Of a stretch of DNA of 64,000 nt, positions 12,046 to 23,419 are shown one piece after another. The DNA lies in NCBI RefSeq assembly GCF_048593235.1, contig NC_133617.1, positions 345,778,067 through 345,842,066 of the forward strand. The letters are read 5' to 3'. The stretch's first letter is position 1, and each line of letters begins with the position of its first letter. The position numbers and the translations under genes are program-made. Under the pieces are notes generated by a model. It made no database searches. It worked only from the letters and a program-made list of their open reading frames with translations, and was not told the origin of the DNA. This stretch comes from Sminthopsis crassicaudata. Lineage: Eukaryota.

Positions 12046-13221
12046 ATGAACAAAAAATTCAAAAGGGCTCTAACCATTGACAGCTTCTGTGTGGAGAGGG
12101 AGCAGACTTCAAATGCTGAGGAGACTAGGAACAGACTGTCCCCAGATGTATCCCCTGGGAGGGATATAAGCTGCTCCTCAATACAAAAAAACCTCATAGA
12201 GGAAATCAAAAAGGCTCTCACAAGAGAGCTGGAAGAGAAATGGGAAAAGGAAAGGGAAGCTTGGCAAGAGAGCCTGGAGAAGTCATCCCATGCATTCAAA
12301 GACAGAGTGGATAAAGAAATCAAATCATTGAGAAACAAGATTAGTGAGCTGGAAAAGGTAAACAACTCCAAGGAAAACAGGATTAGTGAGCTGGAAAAGG
12401 TAAACAACTCCAAGGAAAACAGGATTAGTGAGCTGGAAAAAGAAATCAGCTCTCTAAAAAATAAAATGGATAAAATGGAAAAAAATTCCATAGAAGATAA
12501 AAAATCAATTGGACAATTACAAAGAGATATAAAAAAAGTGAGTGAAGAAAATACATCATTGAAAATTAGACTGGAACAAGTAGAAATGAATGACTCAAGG
12601 AGAAACCAAGAGGTAGTCAAGCAAAACCAGAGAAATGAAACAATTGAAAAGAATGTCAAGTACCTTACCAGAAAGACAACAGACCTGGAAAACAGATCCA
12701 GGAGAGACAATTTGAGAATAATCGGACTCCCTGAAAAATGGGAGGAAAAAAAGAGCTTGGACACCATTTTCGAGGAAATTATCAAAGAGAACTGCCCAGA
12801 TATTCTGGAAACAGAGGGTAAAATAGACATTGAAAAAATTCATCAATCACCTACTGAAAGGGACCCTAAAATCAAAATGCCAAGAAATATAGTGGCCAAG
12901 TTCAAGAACCATCAGACAAAGGAAAAGATATTGGAAGCTGCTAGAAAAAAGCAATTCAGATATGGAGGATCCACAATAAGGATAACCCAGGATCTAGCAG
13001 CATCCACATTAAAAGAACGCAGGGCCTGGAACATGATATTCCGAAAGGCTAAGGAACTTGATATGCAGCCAAGAATAACTTACCCAGCAAGAATGAGCAT
13101 CGTTTTCCAGGGAAGAAGATGGACATTTAACGAAATAAATGAATTCCATCTATTTTTGATGAAAAAACCAGACCTACATAAAAGGTTTGATCTTCAAATA
13201 CAGAACTCAAGAGATTTCTAA
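12046..13221 (+). CDS. ORF1: L1 ORF1p (391 aa): coiled coil, RRM and CTD; intact reading frame
   Basis: Heptad-rich N-terminal half, LENRSRRDNLRIIGLPE (start of the RRM), KEKILEAARKK and YPARMS (equivalent of the YPAKLS motif). Confidence 0.95.
   Translation: MNKKFKRALTIDSFCVEREQTSNAEETRNRLSPDVSPGRDISCSSIQKNLIEEIKKALTRELEEKWEKEREAWQESLEKSSHAFKDRVDKEIKSLRNKISELEKVNNSKENRISELEKVNNSKENRISELEKEISSLKNKMDKMEKNSIEDKKSIGQLQRDIKKVSEENTSLKIRLEQVEMNDSRRNQEVVKQNQRNETIEKNVKYLTRKTTDLENRSRRDNLRIIGLPEKWEEKKSLDTIFEEIIKENCPDILETEGKIDIEKIHQSPTERDPKIKMPRNIVAKFKNHQTKEKILEAARKKQFRYGGSTIRITQDLAASTLKERRAWNMIFRKAKELDMQPRITYPARMSIVFQGRRWTFNEINEFHLFLMKKPDLHKRFDLQIQNSRDF
12339..12440 (+). repeat. Perfect 42-bp tandem repeat (2.4 copies) in the ORF1 coiled coil
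   Basis: gattagtgagctggaaaaggtaaacaactccaaggaaaacag at 12339-12380 and 12381-12422, plus 18 bp of a third copy. It encodes ISELEKVNNSKENR repeats. Confidence 0.98.
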
Positions 13222-13679
13222 AAAGGTAAAAAGAAATCTTGAGAACTATATTTCTGTCAAAAAAATATGTAAAGAACATATGTACAATTTGTCTTAGAAA
13301 CTAGAGGTGGAAAGGAAATTATATCATAAGAAAGTGTCAAGTGATGGTACTACATACATCTCATGAAGAGGCAAAGGTAACTTATTATATCTGAGAGAAA
13401 GAAAGGAGGGAGATGAACATAGCGTGTATCAATAGACATATTCGATTTATGGTGAAACTTCTTCCACTTCATTGAAAAGTGAAAGGGAATGAGTAAGCTA
13501 AGGGGAAGGGAATACAGTAATTTCGAGGAAAAGGGGTAAAATAAGGGGAGGATCTTTAAGGTGGGGGAGGGATCCTAAAAAGGGAGGGCTGTGAAAAGCA
13601 AGTGGTGTTCACCAGTTTAATACTGGATAGGAGGGTAAAAGGGAAGGAAAGGGGAAAAGCATAAGCAGGGGTTAATAGG
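13222..13679 (+). other. L1 inter-ORF spacer (458 nt), purine- and G-tract-rich
   Basis: Lies between the ORF1 TAA (13219-13221) and the ORF2 ATG (13680). Contains a G5-A-G3-N10-G3-A-G3 motif at 13563-13588. Confidence 0.9.
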
Positions 13680-16600
13680 ATGGCAAGCAATATAGAATTA
13701 GTCCTTCTAACCATAAATGTGAATGGGGCAAACTGCCTCATAAAGAGGAAGGAGTTAGCAGACTGGATTAAAAGTCAGAATCCTACTATATGTTGTTTAC
13801 AGGAAACACACCTGAAACAGGGTGAGACATTCAAACTAAAAGTAAAAGGGTGGAGCAGAATCTATTATGCTTCAGGCAAAACCAAAAAAACAGGAGTAGC
13901 CATCCTCATCTCAGATCAAGCAAAAACAAAAATTGATCTAATTAAAAGAGATAAGGAAGGGCATTATATCCTGCTAAAGGGCAGCATCAATAATGAAGCA
14001 GTATCAATATTAAACATATATGCACCAAGTGGTGCAGCATCTAAATTCTTAAAAGAGAAATTAAGAGAGCTGCAAGAGGAAATAGATAGCAAAACTATAA
14101 TAGCGGGAGATCTCAACCTTGCACTCTCAGAATTAGATAAATCAAACCACAAAATAAATAAGAAAGAAGTCAAAGAGGTAAATAGAATACTAGAAAAGTT
14201 TGATATGATAGATCTTTGGCGAAAGCTAAATGGAGACAGAAAGGAATATACTTTTTTCTCAGCAGTTCATGGAACCTATACAAAAATTCATCATATACTA
14301 GGGCATAAAAACCTCAAAATCAAATGCAGTAAGGCAGAAATAGTAAATGCATCCTTTTCAGACCATAATGCAATCAAAATAACATTTAATAAAAAGCCAG
14401 GGGAAAATAGACCAAAAAATAATTGGAAACTAAATAATCTTATACTAAAGAATGATTGGGTAAAACAGCAAATGAAAGACATAATTAATAACTTCACCCA
14501 AGAAAATGACAATAATGAGACATCATACCAAAATGTGTGGGATACAGCCAAAGCAGTAATAAGGGGAAGTTTTATATCTCTACAGGCCTACTTGCATAAA
14601 ATAGAGAAAGAGAGGGCCAATGAATTGGGCTTACAACTAAAATTGCTAGAAAAGAAACAAATTAAAAACCCCCAGACAAACACAAAACTTGAAATTCAAA
14701 AAATAAAAGGTGAGATTAATAAAATTGAAAGTAAAAAAACTATTGAATTAATTAATAAAACTAAGAGTTGGTTTTATGAAAAAACCAACAAAATAGACAA
14801 ACCCTTAGTAAACCTGATTAAAAAAAGGAAAGAGAAAAAGCAAATTGATAGTCTTGAAAATGAAAAGGGTGAACTCACCACTAATGAAGAGGAAATTAGA
14901 ACAATAGTTAGGAGCTACTTTGCTCAACTTTATGCCGATAAATTCGATAACTTAAATGAAATGGAAGAATACCTTCAAAAATATAGCTTTCCCAGATTAA
15001 CAGAGGAAGAAGTAAGTAGTCTAAATAGTCCCATCTCAGAAAAAGAAATAGACCAAGCTATTAACCAACTTCCTAAGAAAAAGTCCCCAGGACCAGATGG
15101 ATTTTCAGGTGAATTCTACCAAACATTTAAAGAACAACTAACTCCAATGCTATGTAAACTATTTGAAAAAATAGGGATTGAAGGAGTCCTACCAAATTCC
15201 TTCTATGACACAGACATGGTACTGATACCTAAACCAGGTAGATCGAAAACTGAGAAAGAAAACTATAGACCATTTTCCTTAATGAATATTGATGCTAAAA
15301 TCTTAAATAAGATATTAGCAAATAGACTTCAGAAAATCATCCCCAGGATAATACACTATGACCAAATGGGATTTATACCAGGAATGCAGGCCTGGTTTAA
15401 TATTGGGAAAACTATTAGTATAATTGACCATATTAATAATCAAATTAATAAAAACCATATGATCATCTCAATAGATGCAGAAAAAGCATTTGATAAAATC
15501 CAACATCCATTCCTACTAAAAACGCTTGAGAGTATAGGAATAAATGGACTATTCCTTAAAATAATAACGAGCATATATTTAAAACCGTCAGTAAACATCA
15601 TATGTAATGGTGATAAACTAGAACCTTTCCCTGTAAGATCAGGAGTGAAACAAGGTTGCCCACTATCACCATTACTATTCAATATAGTACTAGAAACTCT
15701 AGCCTTGGCAATAAGAGCTGAGAAAGAGATTCAAGGAATTAGAGTAGGAAATGAAGAAATCAAATTGTCACTTTTCGCAGATGACATGATGGTATACTTA
15801 GAGAACCCCAAAGACTCTGCTAAAAAGCTATTAGAAATAATTCAGAATTTTAGCAAAGTCGCAGGATACAAAATAAATCCACATAAATCCTCAGGATTTT
15901 TATACATTACCAACACAATCCAACAGCAAGAGATACAAAGAGAAATTCCATTCAAAATAACAGTCGATAGTATAAAATATTTGGGAATATATCTACCAAA
16001 GGAGAGTCAGGAATTATATGAGCAAAATTACAAAACACTTGCCACAAAAATAAAGTCAGATTTAAATAATTGGAAAGACATTCAGTGTTCTTGGATAGGC
16101 CGAGCGAATATAATAAAGATGACAATACTCCCCAAACTAATCTATTTATTTAGTGCTATACCAATCAGACTCCCAAGAAACTATTTTAATGACCTAGAAA
16201 AAATAACAACAAAATTCATATGGAAGAATAAAAGGTCGAGAATTGCAAGGGAACTAATGAAAAACAAGTCAGAGGAAGGTGGTCTAAGTGTACCTGATTT
16301 AAAGCTATATTATAAAGCAACAGTCACCAAAACCATTTGGTATTGGCTAAGAAATAGACTAGTTGATCAGTGGCATAGGTTAGGTTCACAGGGCAAGATA
16401 GTGAATAAAAATAGCAATCTAATCTTTGACAAACCCAAAGATCCCAAATTTGGGGATAAGAATTCATTATTTGACAAAAACTGCTGGGAAAACTGGAAAT
16501 TAGTATGGCAGAAACTAGGCATGGACCCACATTTAACACCACATACTAAGATTAGATCAAAATGGGTCCAAGATTTAGGCATAAAGAACAAAATCATAAA

Positions 16601-17514
16601 TAAATTGGAGGAACATGGGATGGTTTACCTCTCAGACTTGTGGAGGAGGAAGGAGTTTGTGTCTAAGGGAGAACTAGAGACCATTATTGATCACGAAATA
16701 GAACATTTTGATTACACCAAATTAAAAAGTTTCTGCACAAACAAAACTAATGCAAACAAGATTAGAAGGGAAGTAACAAATTGGGAAAAAATTTTTACAA
16801 TTAAAGGTTCTGATAAAGGCCTCATCTCCAAAATATACAGAGAATTGACTTTAATTTAGAAGAAATCAAGCCATTCTCCAATTGATAAATGGTCAAAGGA
16901 TATGAACAGACAATTTTCAGATGATGAAATTGAAACTATTTCCACTCATATGAAAGAGTGTTCCAAATCACTATTGATCAGAGAAATGCAAATTAAGACA
17001 ACTCTGAGGTATCATTACACACCTGTCAGATTGGCTAAGATGACAGGAACAAATAACGATGAATGTTGGAGGGGCTGTGGGAAAACTGGGACATTGATGC
17101 ATTGTTGGTGGAGTTGTGAAAGAATCCAACCATTCTGGAGAGCAATCTGGAATTATGCCCAAAAAGTTATCAAAATGTGCATACCCTTTGACCCAGCCAT
17201 ACTACTACTGGGCTTATACCCCAAGGAACTACTAAAGAAGGGAAAGGGACCTGTATGTGCCAAAATGTTTGTGGCAGCCCTTTTCATAGTGGCTAGAAGC
17301 TGGAAGATGAATGGATGTCCATCAATTGGAGAATGGTTGGGTAAACTATGGTATATGAATGTTATGGAATATTATTGTTTCTTATAGAAATGACCAACAG
17401 GAGAAATACAGAGAGGCTTGGAGAGACTTACATCAACTGATGCTGAGTGAAACGAGCAGAACCAGAAGATCATTATACACTTCAACAATGATACTGTACG
17501 AGGATGTATGCTGA
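13680..17514 (+). pseudogene. ORF2: L1 ORF2p (APE endonuclease, reverse transcriptase, CCHC knuckle), disrupted; about 1277 aa if repaired
   Basis: EN motifs TINVNG, LQETH, GDLN and SDH; RT motifs DAEKAFD, QGCPLSP and LFADD; CWRGCGKTGTLMHCWWSC (CX3CX7HX4C). In-frame TAG at 16857-16859, after which the reading continues in the same frame (16902..17387). A +1 frameshift near 17378-17385 precedes the native C-terminus RNDQQEKYREAWRDLHQLMLSE...YEDVC* (TGA 17512-17514). Confidence 0.95.
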
Positions 17515-17743
17515 TGGAAGTGGATTTCTTCAACATAGAGATAGCTAATCCAATTCCAATTGATTAATGATGGACAGAACCAGCTACATCCAGAAAAGGA
17601 ACACTGGGAAATGAATGTAAACTGTTATTTTTACCTTCTGAATCCAATTCTTCCTGTGCAACAAAAAATTTGGTTCTACACACATATATTGGATCTAGAA
17701 TATACTGTAATATATTTAACATATATAAGACTGCTTGCCATCT

Positions 17744-17764
17744 GGGGGAGGGGGTTGGGGGAGG
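17744..17764 (+). other. G-rich polypurine tract of the L1 3'UTR (G4-capable)
   Basis: gggggagggggttgggggagg; a known L1 3'UTR feature. Confidence 0.8.
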
Positions 17765-19139
17765 AAGGAAAAAAATCTGAATAGAAGTAAGTGCAAGGGA
17801 TAATGTTGTAAAAAATTACCCATGCATATGTACTGTCAAAAAATGTTATAATTATAAAATAAAATAAAAATTTAAAAAAAAGTTATTATAACCCAAAAGA
17901 ACATATGATATATTGATAGTTTTTTAGTGTTAGAAAAAGAGTAAGTTTTTTGGTATATGTCAATATATTAACATTAATTTGATTACTTCACTGATGTCTT
18001 CTACTCACATTTCTAAATTCCTGATGCATACAAAGCATTGTGCTATGATTGTAGGGAAACTCAAGGTCTTATCCTCATGTAGATCATACTTTAGAAGTTA
18101 AAGAGCAATAGCTCTTATTATTAGAGGTTAACTTCTAATAACTTCTAAACACGTCATAATCTTCCTTATATTTGCTATTGTTTTACTTATGAAATAAACA
18201 TATCTTTTCAAACAGACCATTTGCCCACTAAGCTAGGATAATATGTTATTCCCATAGTTCCTAAGGTCCTTTCTAATGAAGTGGACCTCAGATCTTTCTT
18301 ATGATCTGAGATGTCTCCTTCCTCGAGGGCTTTATTTTGATAAGATTTGATACAAATTATCTAGAGGGGCTATACAAAATACAGGAACCCATTGATTGAC
18401 AGACCTTGTTTCAAGGGTCAAAAATTATATACCATCCAAAATGGTGGATAATAAAAAAATGGATACATCAACATAGGTTCTCAATTTGGGGAGAGCATTG
18501 GACATACCCACTGACTAAGTGGTCATTAGATGGTCACTTATTCATATTGAACAAGAGAGAATGTTCTGGAGATAGAAAAACAAATTTCCATGTATTTGAG
18601 TCACCTCTGCCACATGTTCACCATAACAAGGAAAAACAAGAGTGTAGGGTCTCTAGTTAGCTTCTTGTGACTAAGCAAGTTAACTTACTATGTGCAGTTC
18701 ACAGATCTGGGGCCTAGCATAGAAAACTTATTATCACTGCCAGTATGGAATCACATTAAGCTGATTAATACTGACTGGAATAAAGTAGGGATACAAGTGA
18801 ATTATATCTCACAGTCCAATGACTGCGAGGCTCTAGATTGATTATCCAAAATGCATCAGGGACAGCAGGATTGAAGATATTGCTGGCTTTTATACAGAAG
18901 TTCCTTCTATGCTATTTGCCCATCCCCAAAGGATATACCCAAAGCAGCCTCTCCTCATTTCTTCACTGAGACCCATATTACAATCCTTTGAATATTAGTG
19001 GACTATTATATTGAGAAGAGATTATGGGATAACAACAATACCAATATTAGCATTAGCATTAATATATTTAATATATAATATTGTAAATATTAATGATAAA
19101 TAAAATAATTTATAATAATTTATAATTTGTAAAGTGGTG

Positions 19140-19305
19140 TTAGTGAGAGCTGGAAAGGACCTCAGAGGACATCTAATTCATCATTTTCAGTTGGAAAAAT
19201 TGAAACTGATGGAAGTTAAGTGACTGACCACAGTCACATTGTTAGTGAGCATTAAAGGTGAGATTTGAACCTAGGACTTCTGACTCTGAAGAAATTTTTC
19301 CTACC
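19140..19305 (-). mobile_element. MIR3-type SINE
   Basis: gagctggaaaggacctcagaggacatcta (L3-like tail) joined to a CORE segment. Confidence 0.7.
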
Positions 19306-19689
19306 ACTATATTATTGTATGTTTTTTAGTCTATTTGACTCTTGAGAGCAGAAAAAATTGCAAATTTAGATTTTTGTCAGAAAAGAAAAAATGACAACTT
19401 CTAATTAAAGCTCTCTGTAAGTGAAATGAGACATCTCATAAAGTAAAAGATCCCTTCTTATTGTAGATCTTTAAAAAAATGTTGGATGACCATGTAGGGG
19501 TAGGCCCTACCCAAGAGGAATTCCTTCTTGGAGAGGGGTTCTATTAAAGTACTGCTAAGGTCCCTTCTAACTTTGAATATCTGGGATTTTAATATTGATC
19601 ATATGTAATTTAGATATCAGGTACAGTTTGGACATTAGACATATAACATTTTTTTTTTTATTCTCTTATTTGTCTCATGGACCTAGGCC

Positions 19690-19868
19690 ATAGGATATAG
19701 ATTTCGAATTATAAAAGACCTCATTTGCTATTGAACCAACTTTCTCATGTTATAGATGAGAAAACTGAGTCACAGAGATTAATAAACTTGCCCAGTTTCA
19801 CATAGCTAGTGTCAGAGGAGAGATTTGAACCATCTTCTTGATTTCAAATGTAATTCTCCACTACACCA
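19690..19868 (-). mobile_element. MIR3-type SINE
   Basis: cataggatatagatttcgaa...gatgagaaaactgag...gatttgaacc. Confidence 0.7.
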
Positions 19869-21342
19869 TAATGAATCTCCTTTTTCACATCCATGTTCCC
19901 ATTCCTTCTTGCCCTCTGCCTTTCTTTGAGGGTGGAATTTGTCTTTGTTTTATGACTTTGAACTTGAATCATTTCTTTAAAGATATCAAGGAAGGTAGGA
20001 ATGGGTCTCAGAGCATTATTTCTAGTTCCTGGTACTATTACTTACTGGAAAAATGCATCAAGAATAACCTTAGATAACTGCCTGCCTGCTAGCTTTTATT
20101 AATGCAGCTGATGTACTTATCATGCAAAAGAAACTTCAAATTGAGCACAGAAAGCTTATGTTTAATTACATCTTTAAAATAAAAGTTAATTGTTATTCAA
20201 TTGTCCATTTCTAATGATTTTTCTCTAGGACAATTAACATACATATACCCGCATGAGTATTCTTTAAACCATCATTTCAGCACCTTCTAGTTCATGTGTT
20301 CAAGAAATAATTGAATCTCTGTCAATTATAATTCTAGTAAATTATAGAAAAGATCCATTCTTTGAAAAAAGAATAAGAACCTAGAAGTGGCTTAGCTCTA
20401 AGAAGTTGCTTAACCACTGAAATTCATCTTCTACTTTTATGCCCTCTTAATAGGAGTATAGTAGTTTACTGAAAATGGAGTATTATAGATGACTAGTTTA
20501 GGACAAATACTAAGCAGAAGCAAAGCTAATCTTTTTCATGGACATTTTTTAAATTTAATGTTGTCACCCAGGATTCAGAATTCAAACACTTCATTTATGA
20601 ATACCAGGCTCCAACAGGGGTAAGGGAGAAAATACTCACTATATTTGGAGTCAGCCTGAGTTTAGACCCCAGCTCAGGCATGGGCTGCCTGTATGACCTT
20701 GGTCAAATTATTGCTCCCATATGGACCTTAGTTTTGTCTCTTATAAAATAAAATGTTACACTCAGATACCCTCAAGTTCCTTTCTAGCTTTAAGTCACAT
20801 TATCTTCAAGGAACAGGTGTTACTATTTACTTGTGGTATTTTAACATTGTCACATCCCAATACTAGAATATCTGTTTGCTCTTAGAAAATTCTGCAACCC
20901 CAATATACAATTTAGATGAAGAGTAGAATGGTGATTTACTTCCTCCACACAAAAAGAAATGTTTATAATACAAAAGACCCTTAATTGCCCCAAAGACTTA
21001 TAACAGCCAATTAAATGAACTACAATAACTTAAAACATGGCACAGATATATACAACTGCAACTTTACTTTACTCTCCCAGTCAGTTGCTATTTAAAATGT
21101 TAAAACATGGAGTTCTTAAAATCTGGAATAGTCATTTAACTGTTATTATTGTTAAAGTTCTTCAGTCAAGTCTAACTCTTGACCCTATATGGGGAGTATT
21201 TTGCCATTTCCTCCTATGTACTCTTTCAGCCCCTTCAAAATCTATGTCTTCTTCCATAACAATCACATCTGGGACTCTTTTTTTTCCTCTTGGAAGGCAT
21301 GTTTCTCTTTGAGAAGCAATGTAATAGTTGCAGGTGTAGCTA

Positions 21343-21411
21343 TCACAGGCTGAGGAATCCAGAAATGCACAAATTCCCAAGGTCCAGCTCTTGTGATAAT
21401 TTTCTAGTCAT
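21343..21411 (-). other. Candidate terminal-exon start (unidentified transcript)
   Basis: Acceptor ctgttttgtgtttccttctctgaacacag|ATG. Phase 0 reads MTRKLSQELDLGNLCISGFLSL*. Non-repetitive context. Confidence 0.25.
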
Positions 21412-21809
21412 CTGTGTTCAGAGAAGGAAACACAAAACAGGACAGGAAACTAGGGGACTGAAGCCCTGCCTCAGAATCACTTTGGCAACACAAATCCATG
21501 CTCTAGATTCCATGTGTGGATAGTTACCAGAAGTCCTGGTGGGGAAAGACCCTCTTCCCACTCTATGGGAAGTCCCAGAGAGAGGATGTTCTGTACCACA
21601 CGTTCCAGAAAGCAGTATTACTGAGTAGGTGGCTCTTCCTGACACAATGACCAATTAATTCTCTTAATAGAGCTTTCTCCTTCTGCTTCAAGCGTGTTAA
21701 CCAAGGGATTATTGCATTATCCCAAGTCACTTGATTATTTCAGCCCTGAATCCATGTGAGGAGCTCAGTCCAGTGGAGTAATCTATATGTATATTTAGGA
21801 GTCAGGGGA

Positions 21810-22045
21810 AAACATTTATTAAGTGCCTACTATTTGCCAAGCACTTACTAAGAGTCTCACAAATATTATTTCACTTGATCCTCACAACAGCCTTGGAAGG
21901 GAGGTGTTATTATTATCATCCCCATTTTATACTTGAGGAAATTAAAGCAGACAGAGATCAAGTGACTTACCCAGGATCATACAACCAATAAGCATCTGTG
22001 ACCATATTTGAACTTGGGTCTTTCCAACTCCAAGCCTGTCATTCT
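21810..22045 (-). mobile_element. MIR SINE
   Basis: catttattaagtgcctactat...gatcctcacaacagcc...ccccattttatacttgaggaaatt...atttgaacttgggtc. Confidence 0.8.
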
Positions 22046-23419
22046 ATAAATATGCACTTAGCACCTCTAGGTTAGAAAGCTCATTAAAGTATTCCAGTCT
22101 AACTCCCCATCATTTATGGAGACACTTTATCCATTTATCATAATGTTTTTAAAATGCTTTTTCAAATAACCAGGAAGATAAAATGCATAATTTTAATTAT
22201 TTATATTTGAGAATTAATCATAAAAGTCAGAATTTCTTTTGCTGGCTAGAATATATCTAAAAATCTCTCTTCTATTTATATTTTCTATCAGTACTTCTGT
22301 TTAGATTCAAAATTATCTTACATTTTTTGCCCACTGTACGAATCCATATATTTTCTACCTGCTGTGTAAATCTATATTATTGATAATAGCCTCCTGTAAA
22401 TATGAAATTTTATAGATGCTTCAGCTATTAGCTTATAACCAATTGTCTCGGTTAAACCATCTAGGGATATAGTCACTGAGTTAAATTTTGTCAGGGTAAT
22501 AATACATGTCAGTACCAAAGACTATTTCAGCATTGGTATAACTCTCAAGGCAACTAAAAAAGGATAGAGAATGATAATGGACACTGTAGTGGTAGAATAA
22601 GAAATATTTTTATTCCTTATAAAAATTATGATCCCTTTATAGAAAGGCAAAAAGACCCATTTCAAACTAGACTCAACCTAGATTTCTCTCTAAGCAAATG
22701 AAAGCCTTTATGTGGATATTGACTTGATTCTTTCTCTAGGATATCACTCAAATCAGTGATGATTGCATCTGACCTCTCAGGAGCTCTGGTTCTGACATTC
22801 ATATTTGAAATGGCAATAATAGAAAGCATCCAATCTGAGAAGTGAAAGAAACTTTGAAAGTCATCTAGCTCAATCTATATGAATCTGAATAACAATTCCC
22901 TGTATAGCTCTATTACAAATGATTATTTATGCTAACCTTGAAAACTTCCAGGAATATAAAAAAGTCTCATTGTGCAATGAAGGGAAGGAAATTGACCAAA
23001 TTCTAAGTATTTATTGGGAACCCAGTGCCCTGAGCTTCAGTCTTTTAAAATTTCTCTGGGATTCTTGACCATTTAATTCCATATTCTTTTGTGGTCTTGA
23101 TTTTCTGTTGCTATTTTTTAGGAAAATCTGGGGGGTAGGGAAGCATACTTGGATAGTAATCCCATTTAATTATTTCTTTGAAATGTAATTTTTTATAAGG
23201 ACTTTCATTGTTTTAATCTAGAAGGAGACAAAAATCCCCCAGTGAATAAGAGTGATATTCACTGGGGATCACTTATTTTATGAACAGGTTTTTAAAAAAA
23301 GGCACATACTTTCACCATAGCTATTTACTTTCTCGAGAATTGAGAATAATACTAATACTTTGTTCATTGTCTATGTCATGAAGGGGAACACAATTGTGAA
23401 GGAAAGTGAAAAGAAACAT

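Larger units (their letters stand above)
11983..17875 (+). mobile_element. LINE-1, 5'-truncated within the 5'UTR and otherwise near full length; non-functional
   Basis: ORF1, a 458-nt spacer, ORF2, a 3'UTR with a G-rich tract and an A-rich tail. TSD aaaaaagtgattat (11969-11982) / aaaaaagttattat (17876-17889), 13/14 identical, preceded by tt to give the TT/AAAA L1 endonuclease site. Confidence 0.97.

Noticed and set aside
12033-12830. 265-aa antisense ORF overlapping L1 ORF1
   Set aside because: It is a shadow of the A-rich coiled-coil strand, which has few TTA/CTA/TCA triplets. The Ser/Leu/Phe-rich product has no domain and is not positionally equivalent to primate ORF0.
18393-18402. Second TGATTGACAG decamer
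   Set aside because: Isolated, with no supporting motif cluster or CpG retention; compatible with chance.
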